NCBI GenBank assembly: GCA_030620115.1
Contig: JAUXFG010000002.1
Coordinates: forward strand, 405-64,404
Length of the DNA stretch: 64,000 nt
Reading direction: 5' to 3'
From: Candidatus Fermentibacterota bacterium
GTDB taxonomy: Bacteria > JAFGKV01
The notes beneath the pieces are model-generated. The model did not search any database and was not told the origin of the DNA. It was given only the letters and a program-made list of their open reading frames with translations. Below are positions 9,386 to 19,052 of the stretch, one piece after another. The stretch's first letter is position 1; each line of letters starts with the position of its first letter. The position numbers were made by a program, and so were the translations under genes.

Positions 9386-11725
9386 CTATCTGATCCGGAA
9401 CGTGACCTGTGCGGCTCCTGGATTGCCAACCTTATCCCGAACGACCATGCGTACTGTGTGCAATCCCCTGGGAAGATTCGATCGAGGTCTGTAAACCCAC
9501 GATCCACCGCCCATGGGACACGCAGGAACCGCTCTCCCATCCACGTACATCTGCACGCTCTCCTTGGCAATTCCCGAGCCATGGTCAGACACCGTGGCCC
9601 TCAATGTGGGTCTTCGTCCGGTTACCACCATGCCCTGTCGTGGACTGATCTCCACACAAGGTGCATAGGGATCGCGCAGGAGAGCGAAAGTACCCAGAGA
9701 TTCCGTGGTGCCGCCAACAGCGGCGGCCGAGCTGTCCCAGGATGCGCCAACTATCTTGTAGCTGCTCCCTGCCCATCTGAACAACCCGATACCACCCTCT
9801 GAACCCTGATTCATCGCGGACTCAGGCACCAGCAAACTCACTCTCACCGGTCGTTTGAGAACTGTCTCTTCCGGTTTGAACTGGTATCCGGCAGTGAGAA
9901 GCTCCAACCCATTCTGAGGTACGGAGAGGCTTCTCTCAATAACCTGAATATACGTATCGCTGAATACTGCACCCCGCGCTGCGGAAATACGTGCATCCCC
10001 ATCCCCGACCACCGACCCCTCCTCAACAAGCAGTGCCTGCAGGGGGATCTTGAGCTCTTTCCTCCCCACGCGGCCATCGAGCCCTTCCATGGTGAACAAG
10101 ATCCGATACAGAGGCACGACCTCCGGCAGCAAGGTGAGCTCCATCTCGTATTTCCGCTCGTTCACTGCCCGCATCCGAGCCGGCGTATAGGCGAGTTTCC
10201 CGGGCGCCACGAACACCACGGGGGGACGTGCCAGATCGACTTGCCCCTCCAATGTCACCGAGATGAGGGTTGGTTCTATATCATAACGAACGGCGCATCT
10301 CAACTCCCCCTCGCCTTCAAGCACGATGCCATGGTAATACGGCGGGGATTTCATCCCATGGGGATCAATGATGGTGCATTCAAGAAGACAACCAGGGGGA
10401 GGCTCTGTCACCTTCCAGACTCCTCTTTCGTGGAGCAGGGTATTCAGAGACCGCCACCGTCCCTGATGTTTTAGCCTGAATTTCGCCTCACAGGAGAGGG
10501 GATCCTCATCCTGTATCACAATCCGGAGTGAATCCTCACCTATCCAAGACAGGAAGCGCACCTCCGGGGGTTTGTTCACAAGAAAAGGAAGCTCGGCATG
10601 CCTGCTATTGCCGGCAGCATCTCGGATAATGACCTCGATAAGGTGATCACCGTATTCGATGTCTCCTATCCCCGCCCGGATGATGCCATCGCCGGGGCTC
10701 TGCTCATGGAACTGCAGATCATCCCCTTGCAATCTATAGAGCCGCTCACACTGTCCGAAGCCACGCCTTCTGAGATCCCGGTCATGGACGAGATCGATGA
10801 GCTTCCACTGGTCAATAGCCATTCTCTCATAGACACGATTGAATATCTCCTCGCCATCCACCTCTACTACAAATTCGTAGATACCAACCTTGTCGCCTCC
10901 GAGATTGACCCGGTCAAAGGCTCGCACGGAAAGGCCTATTTCTCCCCAGAGCTGGGGTGTGGCAAGTGCTTGATAGGTCTTGGTATCCCGATCAAACCGA
11001 AGACGAATGGTTCGGCTTCGACGTCTTCCGTTGATGCGAGCCTCTGCACCGCGAGGCGACATCACGAATCGATAGAAACGAGGTGGCGTGCTATCCGGAA
11101 GCGCATAAGGCCCAAGGAGCGGATTGATGGGATCATTGTTCCTATCCCTGAGCTCCATGTGCAGATGAGGAGGGCCTACACCCGTCCCTCCGGCGGTGCC
11201 CACTATTTCTCCTTTGGCGAATCGTACTCGATCAGGCTCGGGGTAGAAATCGACCACGCATCTCCCGGTCTCTTCTTGCATCTCTTGCACGCAATCCCTG
11301 ATCTTCCGCGCGAATCGTTCCATGTGCGCAAATACCACGATTCGCCCATCATCGAGCCTGAGGTAGAGCATATTGCCGTAACCGTCGGGATCCACCCTGA
11401 CTCGCCAGAGACTTCCCTTCCCCACGGCCCGGAGTGCATATCCGGAACGCCCGTAGGTCGAGAGATCAATGCCGGCGTGGAAATGTGTCTTGCGATATTC
11501 ACCGAACGTCGATGTCACGCGCGGCGGCAGGCTCATGGGCCACAGGAGTGAATCGTCAAGGGCCGCGAAATGATCTCCTGATGCCTCCTCGGCCACTGCA
11601 GATGCCCAAAATGCGCACGGACGCAGGCTCCCGAAAGAGGAGCACGGACAGGCGTCAAAGAGGGAACACACTGCTCCCACCAGAAAAACACAGATCACTC
11701 CCACCCAGATGCCGCGTCGTTCCAT
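9386..11725 (-). CDS. M23 family metallopeptidase, large secreted multi-domain protein
   Basis: HFHAGIDLSTYG...HMELRDRNNDPINPL supply the HxxxD and HxH zinc motifs of LytM/M23. Start placed at MERRGIW... (TM/signal segment); the ORF-track start at 11866 is probably 5' UTR. Confidence 0.7.
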   Translation of the reverse strand: MERRGIWVGVICVFLVGAVCSLFDACPCSSFGSLRPCAFWASAVAEEASGDHFAALDDSLLWPMSLPPRVTSTFGEYRKTHFHAGIDLSTYGRSGYALRAVGKGSLWRVRVDPDGYGNMLYLRLDDGRIVVFAHMERFARKIRDCVQEMQEETGRCVVDFYPEPDRVRFAKGEIVGTAGGTGVGPPHLHMELRDRNNDPINPLLGPYALPDSTPPRFYRFVMSPRGAEARINGRRRSRTIRLRFDRDTKTYQALATPQLWGEIGLSVRAFDRVNLGGDKVGIYEFVVEVDGEEIFNRVYERMAIDQWKLIDLVHDRDLRRRGFGQCERLYRLQGDDLQFHEQSPGDGIIRAGIGDIEYGDHLIEVIIRDAAGNSRHAELPFLVNKPPEVRFLSWIGEDSLRIVIQDEDPLSCEAKFRLKHQGRWRSLNTLLHERGVWKVTEPPPGCLLECTIIDPHGMKSPPYYHGIVLEGEGELRCAVRYDIEPTLISVTLEGQVDLARPPVVFVAPGKLAYTPARMRAVNERKYEMELTLLPEVVPLYRILFTMEGLDGRVGRKELKIPLQALLVEEGSVVGDGDARISAARGAVFSDTYIQVIERSLSVPQNGLELLTAGYQFKPEETVLKRPVRVSLLVPESAMNQGSEGGIGLFRWAGSSYKIVGASWDSSAAAVGGTTESLGTFALLRDPYAPCVEISPRQGMVVTGRRPTLRATVSDHGSGIAKESVQMYVDGRAVPACPMGGGSWVYRPRSNLPRGLHTVRMVVRDKVGNPGAAQVTFRIR

Positions 11726-12145
11726 GAAACAGCAAGCTCTTCCTGGCGGGTCATGAAACAAGAAACGTTTGCCTCGCATCCAGACTCCTACTTCGGCGTT
11801 GATCGTCCAATGTTCGATGATTCTTCTTCCGGGCGAAGTCTCGGAAGAAGCCTGGGGATGTTTCAAAATAGACCGGGAAGTGCTTTACGCTTTCGGAACC
11901 CTCCCTGCAATGATTTAGGCCGTGCCGGGGGTCATCGCGAGCACTTCGACTTCGCTCAGCATAAACTCCGCGCGGCGATCCCGCGTACCGCGCGGGATTG
12001 CTTCGTCGCTACTCTCCTCGCAATGACAGAGGGTGGTGTCACAGTTCCGGGATCTCTCTACGGAATTCTCTATTCCTATCGTGAGCCGCTATGTTGGGCC
12101 GAGACCGCAAAACGAGAGAATGAAGCATCCCGAGAAATGCGAACC

Positions 12146-14239
12146 CTAACTTTCGGTGCTATCCTGCGGTGCCGGCCGCGTGGGAATAAAGGGGACGCCA
12201 ATATCCAACCATGCTTCAACCCCTGACGAATCCTTCAGTGCAGGTGCATACTCGGCGCCCCGAGCTGCCTGCATGGCGGCATCATCGCAGAGCAGTGAGC
12301 CAGTCCCCTTCACGAGCTCCACATTCTTCGCCTCGCCAGTGGCATCTACCAGCACACGAACATCGATTACACCAAGTCTATGCAGAGAATCTACCGGGGC
12401 AATCTCCTCGCATGTCACCGTGTCAATGCAGGCGAGAGAAGGCGGGATGTCATACGGCAGGGTTTTGTGAGTCAGGGATACACCCAACTCCGTGGCTGCC
12501 CGACGCGCTTCCTCGGTTTTCGGATAGAGTTCTGTTACCTTTTCCAAATACGATTTGGCTGCTGTAGTATCATGGAGGCTCTCCGAGCAGATCCATGCGC
12601 ACGCCAACAACGCCTTTGACGCTTCAGGCGATTTCGGGAATGAGTCCGAGACTTGACCAAGAGTCTCCAGGGCTGCGCGGGGGTCATCCATGTACAGCCA
12701 CCATGCTTCCCCCTGGGTAAGAAGCCACATTGACTCACTCATCCCCTGTGCAATCTGGGGGATATCTCCACGGTCCGCGAGCACCGTTCTCGCTTGAGCC
12801 GACCACCCATAATCAGAAACGAGCCGCTCGGTGAGCTCCGAAGAAATCAGAGCCAACGAATCATCCCCCTGCCCCAGAATCCATGCTTCTACATAAAGCG
12901 CGCGGGCCGCCCAACTGCTCTCAGGAAATTCCTCATGCGCCAAGTGATAGTATCGGGAGGCACTGTCTGGCAGTTCCAAGCTGAATAGATAGGTATCCGC
13001 CAACTCCATGAGCCTTGCGCCCAACTCTGCTGAACTGTCTTTCAATGCCTCAGTCAGCTCCAGTACCTTCCGCAGCGCTTTTGCCCTTCTTCCCGCCTCT
13101 TCCACCAATGCCCGCGGGCGTCCCTGTTTTGAGAGTTCCTCATACTCTTTCAGTGCGGCTCCAAGCTCATGTTCCTTTGTTTCCAGCATGGTTGCCAATT
13201 CCATCATGGCACGTTTGGCTGCTCCTTCTCGAGGATAGGCTTGTATCACATTCCTCCAGGCTTCCTCGGCCTCCCGAAACTCGTTGAGTGAGAGCCAGCT
13301 CTTCCCCACGGAAAGCCCTACTTGGGCAAGCTCCGAGTCGACACGAGCTATGGAACTCAACTCACGAAACGTCGTCAGGGCTTCTTCTCCCCGCCCAAGA
13401 AGAGCCAGTGTCTCGCCCTTTTCGATCTGGCCTTCGAAACGATCCTCTCGTGTGGAGGCCCGATCGAAGGCCACGGCAAAGGCGTCCACCGCGTCATCGA
13501 GCCTCCCAACCTCCCGCAGACACCTCCCCTTGAGCAGATACGCCTGTCCGATGACCTCTTTGCGACCGGCGCGCCCAAGGAGATCCGACACATGCCCCAG
13601 GGCGCGTTCGTAGGCGTAGTTCCATTCTGCAATCTGCGCCAGGAGTAGAGCGCTCCGTTCCTGCCAAACGGTCCACCTATCGCCTTTCTGAAGGTGGATC
13701 TTCAAGAGATTCTCGACTCGTGCCCACTGTTCCAGTTCGCTTCGCTCTTTCGCCTCCAAGTAATACGAAGCGTCCACAAAGGGGCTCTCGGGGAAATATT
13801 CTCTCAATTCCGAGAACTTATCGGCCGCTGCGCTGTGTGACTGTTTGAGGACGAATGCTTTCCCCATGAGGAATAACGCGTCGTCAACAAGCCCACTCTC
13901 AGAGTAGCGGGTTATGATGATGCGGCACTTGTCCAGGCAATTGTTCAGCTTTGTGTCCTCCGTTCCCGATGGTTTCGAACCCTTGTTCCTGGACTTGGAG
14001 AGATCTTCCGCTTCTTGGTAGAGCTTACTGGCATTGTAGTACGTATTGAAGCGTGCCGAGCTGCAGCCTATGATCACCGCAACGGCGGTGAGGAAAAGAA
14101 TGGCCGCGCGCGAGAACTTGGCTCCGCGACGCTGCGCATCTGGGGTACTGGATGTTCCATCATTCCGTTCAGGGAGACCAAAGCGTGAGTCGGCACAGAA
14201 GGCGTTGCTTACCAAGGGATTCCTCATCCCTTCAGGCAT
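12146..14239 (-). CDS. TPR-repeat lipoprotein with C-terminal TonB-like (TonB_C) domain
   Basis: Lipobox ...AVIIGCSS, multiple TPR-like helical repeats, and a C-terminal VDVRVLVDATGEAKNVELVKGTGSLLCDDAAMQAARGAEYAPA resembling the TonB C-terminal fold. Start uncertain (14239 or 14227); it overlaps the rtcB stop. Confidence 0.55.
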   Translation of the reverse strand: MPEGMRNPLVSNAFCADSRFGLPERNDGTSSTPDAQRRGAKFSRAAILFLTAVAVIIGCSSARFNTYYNASKLYQEAEDLSKSRNKGSKPSGTEDTKLNNCLDKCRIIITRYSESGLVDDALFLMGKAFVLKQSHSAAADKFSELREYFPESPFVDASYYLEAKERSELEQWARVENLLKIHLQKGDRWTVWQERSALLLAQIAEWNYAYERALGHVSDLLGRAGRKEVIGQAYLLKGRCLREVGRLDDAVDAFAVAFDRASTREDRFEGQIEKGETLALLGRGEEALTTFRELSSIARVDSELAQVGLSVGKSWLSLNEFREAEEAWRNVIQAYPREGAAKRAMMELATMLETKEHELGAALKEYEELSKQGRPRALVEEAGRRAKALRKVLELTEALKDSSAELGARLMELADTYLFSLELPDSASRYYHLAHEEFPESSWAARALYVEAWILGQGDDSLALISSELTERLVSDYGWSAQARTVLADRGDIPQIAQGMSESMWLLTQGEAWWLYMDDPRAALETLGQVSDSFPKSPEASKALLACAWICSESLHDTTAAKSYLEKVTELYPKTEEARRAATELGVSLTHKTLPYDIPPSLACIDTVTCEEIAPVDSLHRLGVIDVRVLVDATGEAKNVELVKGTGSLLCDDAAMQAARGAEYAPALKDSSGVEAWLDIGVPFIPTRPAPQDSTES

Positions 14240-15651
14240 CCCATGGGGCGCAGCCGCGCAACCGCCGTGCACAAGCCGGCACCTTCCACCGCTTCCACGA
14301 CGCGCGACACATCCTTATACGCATCGGGCATCTCCTCCTGAAGCGTTCTTCTGCCGGTGGCAGTCACGTATACGCCTTGGCTGGCCAACTCATCGGGGAT
14401 CGACCTCCCCTTGGCGCGCTGAACCGCCTTCTTCCTGCTCAGTACACGTCCCGCACCATGACAGGCCGAGCCAAATGTTTCTTCCATAGCTCCCGCCTTG
14501 CCAAGAAGCACGTATGAAGATCTCCCCATATCGCCAGGCACGAGAACAGGCTGTCCAAGTGCCCGGTATCGGACGGGAACCTCCGGCCTCCCGGGGCCAA
14601 AGGCCCGGGTCGCGCCTTTCCTGTGGACGCATAGCTTTCGTCTTTCCCCGGCAAAAACATGCTCCTCGATCTTTGCGATGTTGTGCGCAACCTCATACAC
14701 CGTCGTCACCCCTGCCTCTCTCTCCCCGAAGATCCGATTGAAGACGACTCGGGCACGATGTGCAAGAAGCTGCCTATTTGCAAAGGCATAGTTCACTGCT
14801 GCACACATAGCCTTGAGATAGTCGCCCCCTTCCCGTGAGCCGATCGGTGCACAACAAAGCTGCCGATCGGGGAGGGAGATTCCATAGCTTGCTGCGGCTT
14901 TCACCATAACGCGTATATAGTCGTCACAAACCTGGTACCCCAAACCTCGCGATCCCGAATGGATTGAGACCGTCACCGTGCCTTTCTCAAGCCCCATGGC
15001 GACAGCCGCCGTGTCATCGAAAATCGTATCCACATAGGCCACTTCGACGAAATGATTCCCCGAACCCAAGGTTCCCAACTGCGGCCTTCCTCGCTGCAGT
15101 GCCCGTGGGCTCAATGCCGCAGGATCTGCACCATCCATACAGCCTTCCTCTTCGATGCTCGTGAGATCAGCCAGAGTTCCATACCCGTGCTCCACCGCCC
15201 ACTTCGCCCCTCGGGTCAGCACCGACTCCTCATCACGGTTGCTCAACCTAAGCTGAGAACAAACACCCACACCGCTGGGAATGGAACTGTTCAATGCATC
15301 CACCAGCTCCTTGATCCGCGGGGCCACATCACCCCTCTCAAGCCGCGTCGTGAGGAGGCGTACACCACAGTTGATATCATAGCCAACACCGCCGGGAGAG
15401 ATTATGCCGTCTTCCAGACCGAATGCCGCGACGCCGCCAATAGGGAAACCATATCCCCAGTGGATGTCCGGCATGGCCAGACTATAGCCCACGATGCCGG
15501 GCAATTGCGCGACATTGGCCACCTGGAGTGGTGCACGGTCGGAGACAATCCCCTCAAGAAGAAACGGTGATGCATAGATCCTTCCCGGAACCCGCATCGA
15601 GCCCGTTTTTGGTATCTCCCAGCGAAACTCATCGATCCTTTTGAGCTCCAT
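14224..15651 (-). CDS. rtcB: RNA-splicing ligase RtcB
   Basis: Characteristic GYDINCG, GSGNHF and HNIAK motifs. Start set at MELKRIDEFRWEIPK, with SD AGGAG 8 nt upstream. Confidence 0.85.
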   Translation of the reverse strand: MELKRIDEFRWEIPKTGSMRVPGRIYASPFLLEGIVSDRAPLQVANVAQLPGIVGYSLAMPDIHWGYGFPIGGVAAFGLEDGIISPGGVGYDINCGVRLLTTRLERGDVAPRIKELVDALNSSIPSGVGVCSQLRLSNRDEESVLTRGAKWAVEHGYGTLADLTSIEEEGCMDGADPAALSPRALQRGRPQLGTLGSGNHFVEVAYVDTIFDDTAAVAMGLEKGTVTVSIHSGSRGLGYQVCDDYIRVMVKAAASYGISLPDRQLCCAPIGSREGGDYLKAMCAAVNYAFANRQLLAHRARVVFNRIFGEREAGVTTVYEVAHNIAKIEEHVFAGERRKLCVHRKGATRAFGPGRPEVPVRYRALGQPVLVPGDMGRSSYVLLGKAGAMEETFGSACHGAGRVLSRKKAVQRAKGRSIPDELASQGVYVTATGRRTLQEEMPDAYKDVSRVVEAVEGAGLCTAVARLRPMGCLKG

Positions 15652-16001
15652 GTCACGGCTCCTGTCGTACATCATTGGGATACGGGATCGGCTTGCACAT
15701 GTGAGCTATCATTGCCGGGACCAGGGCGCAAGTCAAGACAACTCTTCTTGTACGCCCCAAAACCTCCATGCTCAATCCACCCGGTGAAAGAACATGGATT
15801 CCAGTCCGTCTGTGATTGAAACACATTCCGCGATCTTCAGATCCCCTATGCACATTGCCGGGCTAGGAGGCATCATCTGGCGGGTGCATCGTCTTCCTTG
15901 TTTGAGTTCGAGGCACGACCTCCCTATATTGAGAGAGTTCAACGGTGCGTTATCACAGCCCGTGGTACTGGCCCACCCACTCACTGTCCAGGGAGGAACC
16001 T

Positions 16002-16295
16002 ATGCTTGCACGGTGGTCCATAGTCATTCTTGGGGTTCTTGTTCTCACCATCGCCTGCGCGGGAGAAAAGGCGGAAGAGGCCGCAACGCCCGCGGCCAAA
16101 GCCCCCGCGGTGAAAAAAGCTGAGGTTCCCGCCGTAGCTACACCTGCTGTGGAAGAAGCAGCGGTAGACACGACAATAACCGAAGCGGTCGAGGAGGCGG
16201 GTGAGACGGAAGAACTGAAGGAGAAAGCTGAGGCGGACATCAAAGAGAAGGAAGAGGCTCTCAAGAAGGCGGCAAAAGAAGTCACTACTGAGTAG
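16002..16295 (+). CDS. small Ala/Glu/Lys-rich lipoprotein, hypothetical
   Basis: SD GGAGG before ATG at 16002. Signal/lipobox MLARWSIVILGVLVLTIACAG, followed by a low-complexity tail. Confidence 0.4.
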   Translation: MLARWSIVILGVLVLTIACAGEKAEEAATPAAKAPAVKKAEVPAVATPAVEEAAVDTTITEAVEEAGETEELKEKAEADIKEKEEALKKAAKEVTTE

Positions 16296-16306
16296 CGCTT
16301 CGCCAA

Positions 16307-16336
16307 GGCCCGCCACGAGCCTCTGTGGCGGGCCTC
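16307..16336. terminator. bidirectional stem-loop terminator between convergent genes
   Basis: AGGCCCGCCAC-gagcctct-GTGGCGGGCCT is a perfect 11-bp GC-rich stem. It lies between the 16002..16295 (+) stop and the 16358 (-) stop. Confidence 0.5.
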
Positions 16337-16357
16337 TCTCTATCCAGTCCCGGCTAA

Positions 16358-18685
16358 CTAACGATAGCAGACTATCCGACGCGTCATCCTTCCCCAATGA
16401 CCATACGCCACTAGTACATGCGAACCGCTCCCTACCGCGCCCCACTCAAGTTCAACAGTATCCGATCCTGGATCCAGCTGTCTGGTCAGCACTCGTCGGC
16501 CGGCCATGTTGTAAAGTGCAACACGCGTAAGAGTTGGAGCATAGACGAGTAGCCGCGTCCCATGGATCCAGGGATTGGGGCCAATCGCAAGTACGAGATG
16601 CTCTGGGGAGGATTCCTGGGTCACTGACAAGGCAAGAGTATCGGATCCTCCCGCTTGATGGTATCTGGCCATGAATTCTTGAAGGTAAAGATTCGCCACT
16701 CGTGCATCGTGTATGAAAAGCACATTCTCATCATGCTGGGTTTCGGCGCTACGCGTCCAATTGTAGCTCCCCGTGGCCACGGCGCCATCATCGCCAATAT
16801 TATCCGCGTCGACCAGGAGATACTTGTGGTGCATTGAGGGAAATGCCCCCAGCAGGTGTACATCCGCGGGAGGGGACCACGCTCCCGAGCCCTGCCCGCT
16901 CATGGGCCAATACTCGCTGGATGAGCCAACCTGCCCATCATCAAAAATCCCGGCCACCCTGAGCCCATGCGCGTTCCGGGCCTCTTCCATGGAAGAAGAA
17001 AAGTCATCATTCGTGAAATTGAAGATGGCGAAGTATAGGCCGCGCTCCGCAGTACCTATGTAGTCCATGAATCGAGATGCCACCCCGTCGCTGGGGCTCA
17101 TGTAGAGCTCCACGGACGCCTCTCCAATCTGGAATCGGTGTGGCGTATTGTCCGTCTTGCGACGACCGAACCGGGCGTCATCTTCCGAGGGCAGCGCATC
17201 CGGGCTTCCCCACATCTCTTCAAACTCCGCGGAGTAGGCGCCTGCCAGCGCTTGATCCTGGACAAGGATTACGTTCTCTGCATTCTCATAGAAGCCATAA
17301 TGCGTCACGTTCGCCGAGCCGCTCCACACATAATCATCCGCCGCGGAAGACCGGTCTTTGTAGTCAAAGATAAGGAATTTGTTGTGCATCAATCCAGAGC
17401 CATCATTGTCACCGCTATCATCGGCAAGCACTGGAATCCCGGCATTTCGCAGACGATCGATCTCCTGCCCCTCAGAGTCCGCCTCGTAGACAACCCTTAC
17501 GTGAACGCCTCGATTCTTGGCACTGATGAGCGCCGTGGTAATCTCGGGCACCGTGAGATAATAAAAGCACGCATCGATAGAGAAGGATGCTCCGTTGATT
17601 CGATCCTGGAGCCTTCGCTGCAGAGACACCTCGCCATGGGCTGACTGATGCGTGGCATACTCTGTCTCCACTGCCTGATTGAAATATACGGTAATCTTCC
17701 CGCTACAATCTTGCGCTGACGCGGTCGAGGCAAACCAGACGGGGCTTCTGCTTTCCCCTGTGACATTGCTGCTTGCTGCCTGGAGCCGGTAGATGGTCGC
17801 AGGTTCGAGACCCGTGACGGTGATACAGTGAGCGGTGGTTTGGGTGGAATCCTCGATGACTCCCAGATCTCCTGCCTGATCAATTCCCCACAGCAACATG
17901 GAGGATGATGGCACGTCCGTATGCCAGGAAACAGCAAAACCGGTAGGCGTGATATTCCCTTCCACCGGCTCAGTAATGAACTGTGGTCCTCCTGTGCCTT
18001 CGATATCCCCTTGAAAACGCGGGAGCAGCTCGTAGTCCCCGGTGTACGGCAAGGAAGGATCCCATTGCTTCACAATGCCTGTGACATGGTAGGTCCCCGA
18101 TGACAACTCTATCCCCGTGTCGGAATCTATGTAGAGGATGCACGAACCGCTGGCATCGGTGATCGTCTCGGTGTTCTCGTCATAGGTGGCAAAAAGAACA
18201 CGAACAAGCTTGCTCTCGTCAGGTTCGCAGTAATCTGTGCCAAATGCGTGTGTTATCATACTGCACGTCACAATCTCCGGTTCGGGCGGGGTTAGTCCCG
18301 AAGCAATGATCTCAAGCCCGGAGGGAATCACCTCCGTGGTTCCCTTGTACTGGGCGATCTCTCCCGTGACCAGCACGCTGTCACCAAGCGTAGCCTGCCA
18401 CATGAAATCACTGCGATAGAGCAGCATGCCCCCCGTGTCATCTTGCACATAGAGTTCGGTTCGGATATTGGAAAATGTTCCCGTGCCCGCAGTGATGACA
18501 CCTGCTATCTGTACCAGTGTTCCTATCTCATAGGGTGCTGCGGGTATCCCTTGGGCATCATTGCAGTGCAGCTCAGCCATAGGCGCCACCTGGCCATGAA
18601 CCGTCCCAGGACTCCCCGCAAAAAAGACGAGAAGGGCGCAGGCAATCGATGTCAGGCTGTCAGGAAACATGCCTCGAGATCGCAT
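16358..18685 (-). CDS. secreted phospholipase D superfamily protein (two HKD motifs) with FN3-like domain and T9SS-type C-terminal sorting domain
   Basis: HKD motif 1 is LMHNKFLIFD...SGSANVT and motif 2 is MHHKYLLVD...GSYNWT. Signal peptide MFPDSLTSIACALLVFFAGSPGTVHG. C-terminal ...LLVYAPTLTRVALYNMAGRRV... is a Por-secretion-tail-like domain. Start taken at Met 18685 or 18670. Confidence 0.75.
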   Translation of the reverse strand: MRSRGMFPDSLTSIACALLVFFAGSPGTVHGQVAPMAELHCNDAQGIPAAPYEIGTLVQIAGVITAGTGTFSNIRTELYVQDDTGGMLLYRSDFMWQATLGDSVLVTGEIAQYKGTTEVIPSGLEIIASGLTPPEPEIVTCSMITHAFGTDYCEPDESKLVRVLFATYDENTETITDASGSCILYIDSDTGIELSSGTYHVTGIVKQWDPSLPYTGDYELLPRFQGDIEGTGGPQFITEPVEGNITPTGFAVSWHTDVPSSSMLLWGIDQAGDLGVIEDSTQTTAHCITVTGLEPATIYRLQAASSNVTGESRSPVWFASTASAQDCSGKITVYFNQAVETEYATHQSAHGEVSLQRRLQDRINGASFSIDACFYYLTVPEITTALISAKNRGVHVRVVYEADSEGQEIDRLRNAGIPVLADDSGDNDGSGLMHNKFLIFDYKDRSSAADDYVWSGSANVTHYGFYENAENVILVQDQALAGAYSAEFEEMWGSPDALPSEDDARFGRRKTDNTPHRFQIGEASVELYMSPSDGVASRFMDYIGTAERGLYFAIFNFTNDDFSSSMEEARNAHGLRVAGIFDDGQVGSSSEYWPMSGQGSGAWSPPADVHLLGAFPSMHHKYLLVDADNIGDDGAVATGSYNWTRSAETQHDENVLFIHDARVANLYLQEFMARYHQAGGSDTLALSVTQESSPEHLVLAIGPNPWIHGTRLLVYAPTLTRVALYNMAGRRVLTRQLDPGSDTVELEWGAVGSGSHVLVAYGHWGRMTRRIVCYR

Positions 18686-18689
18686 TGCG

Positions 18690-19052
18690 CTAGACCTGTG
18701 TGCTGGGGGAAACGCCAATTGATACGGATCCGCCGTACCGAGTTCGCGCCACCACCTCCTTTGCCCATGTGTATGAGAAGCCGCCCAAGCCCAATTGGAC
18801 ATCATAGACGCACGTGACCTCCCATCCCTGCTGAAAAGGCACGATGAGAATGGCATCTTCCTTGAGTGTGATGTTCGCCTCGGCGGCAATCTCGCGAATC
18901 CTGTAGTGAATCGCATCCGGGGCCTCCCCGACGGCATTTTGCACATATGCCGAAAACTTGCTGTCGAAATCCATGGATTTCCAGAGTGAGTTGCCCACAG
19001 AGGCGAGCAACCCGACCACCAAGACAAAGAAGATCAACCATTTGATATTCAT
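18690..19052 (-). CDS. small secreted/membrane-anchored hypothetical protein
   Basis: SD GGAGG 8 nt upstream. N-terminal MNIKWLIFFVLVVGLLASVG signal anchor. Start overlaps the upstream gene's stop (ATGA-type overlap), and its own stop lies 2 nt before the PLD start. Confidence 0.45.
   Translation of the reverse strand: MNIKWLIFFVLVVGLLASVGNSLWKSMDFDSKFSAYVQNAVGEAPDAIHYRIREIAAEANITLKEDAILIVPFQQGWEVTCVYDVQLGLGGFSYTWAKEVVARTRYGGSVSIGVSPSTQV

Noticed and set aside
10598-11551. 317-aa (+) ORF
   Set aside because: Antisense to the M23 peptidase gene. It is low-complexity with no start context.
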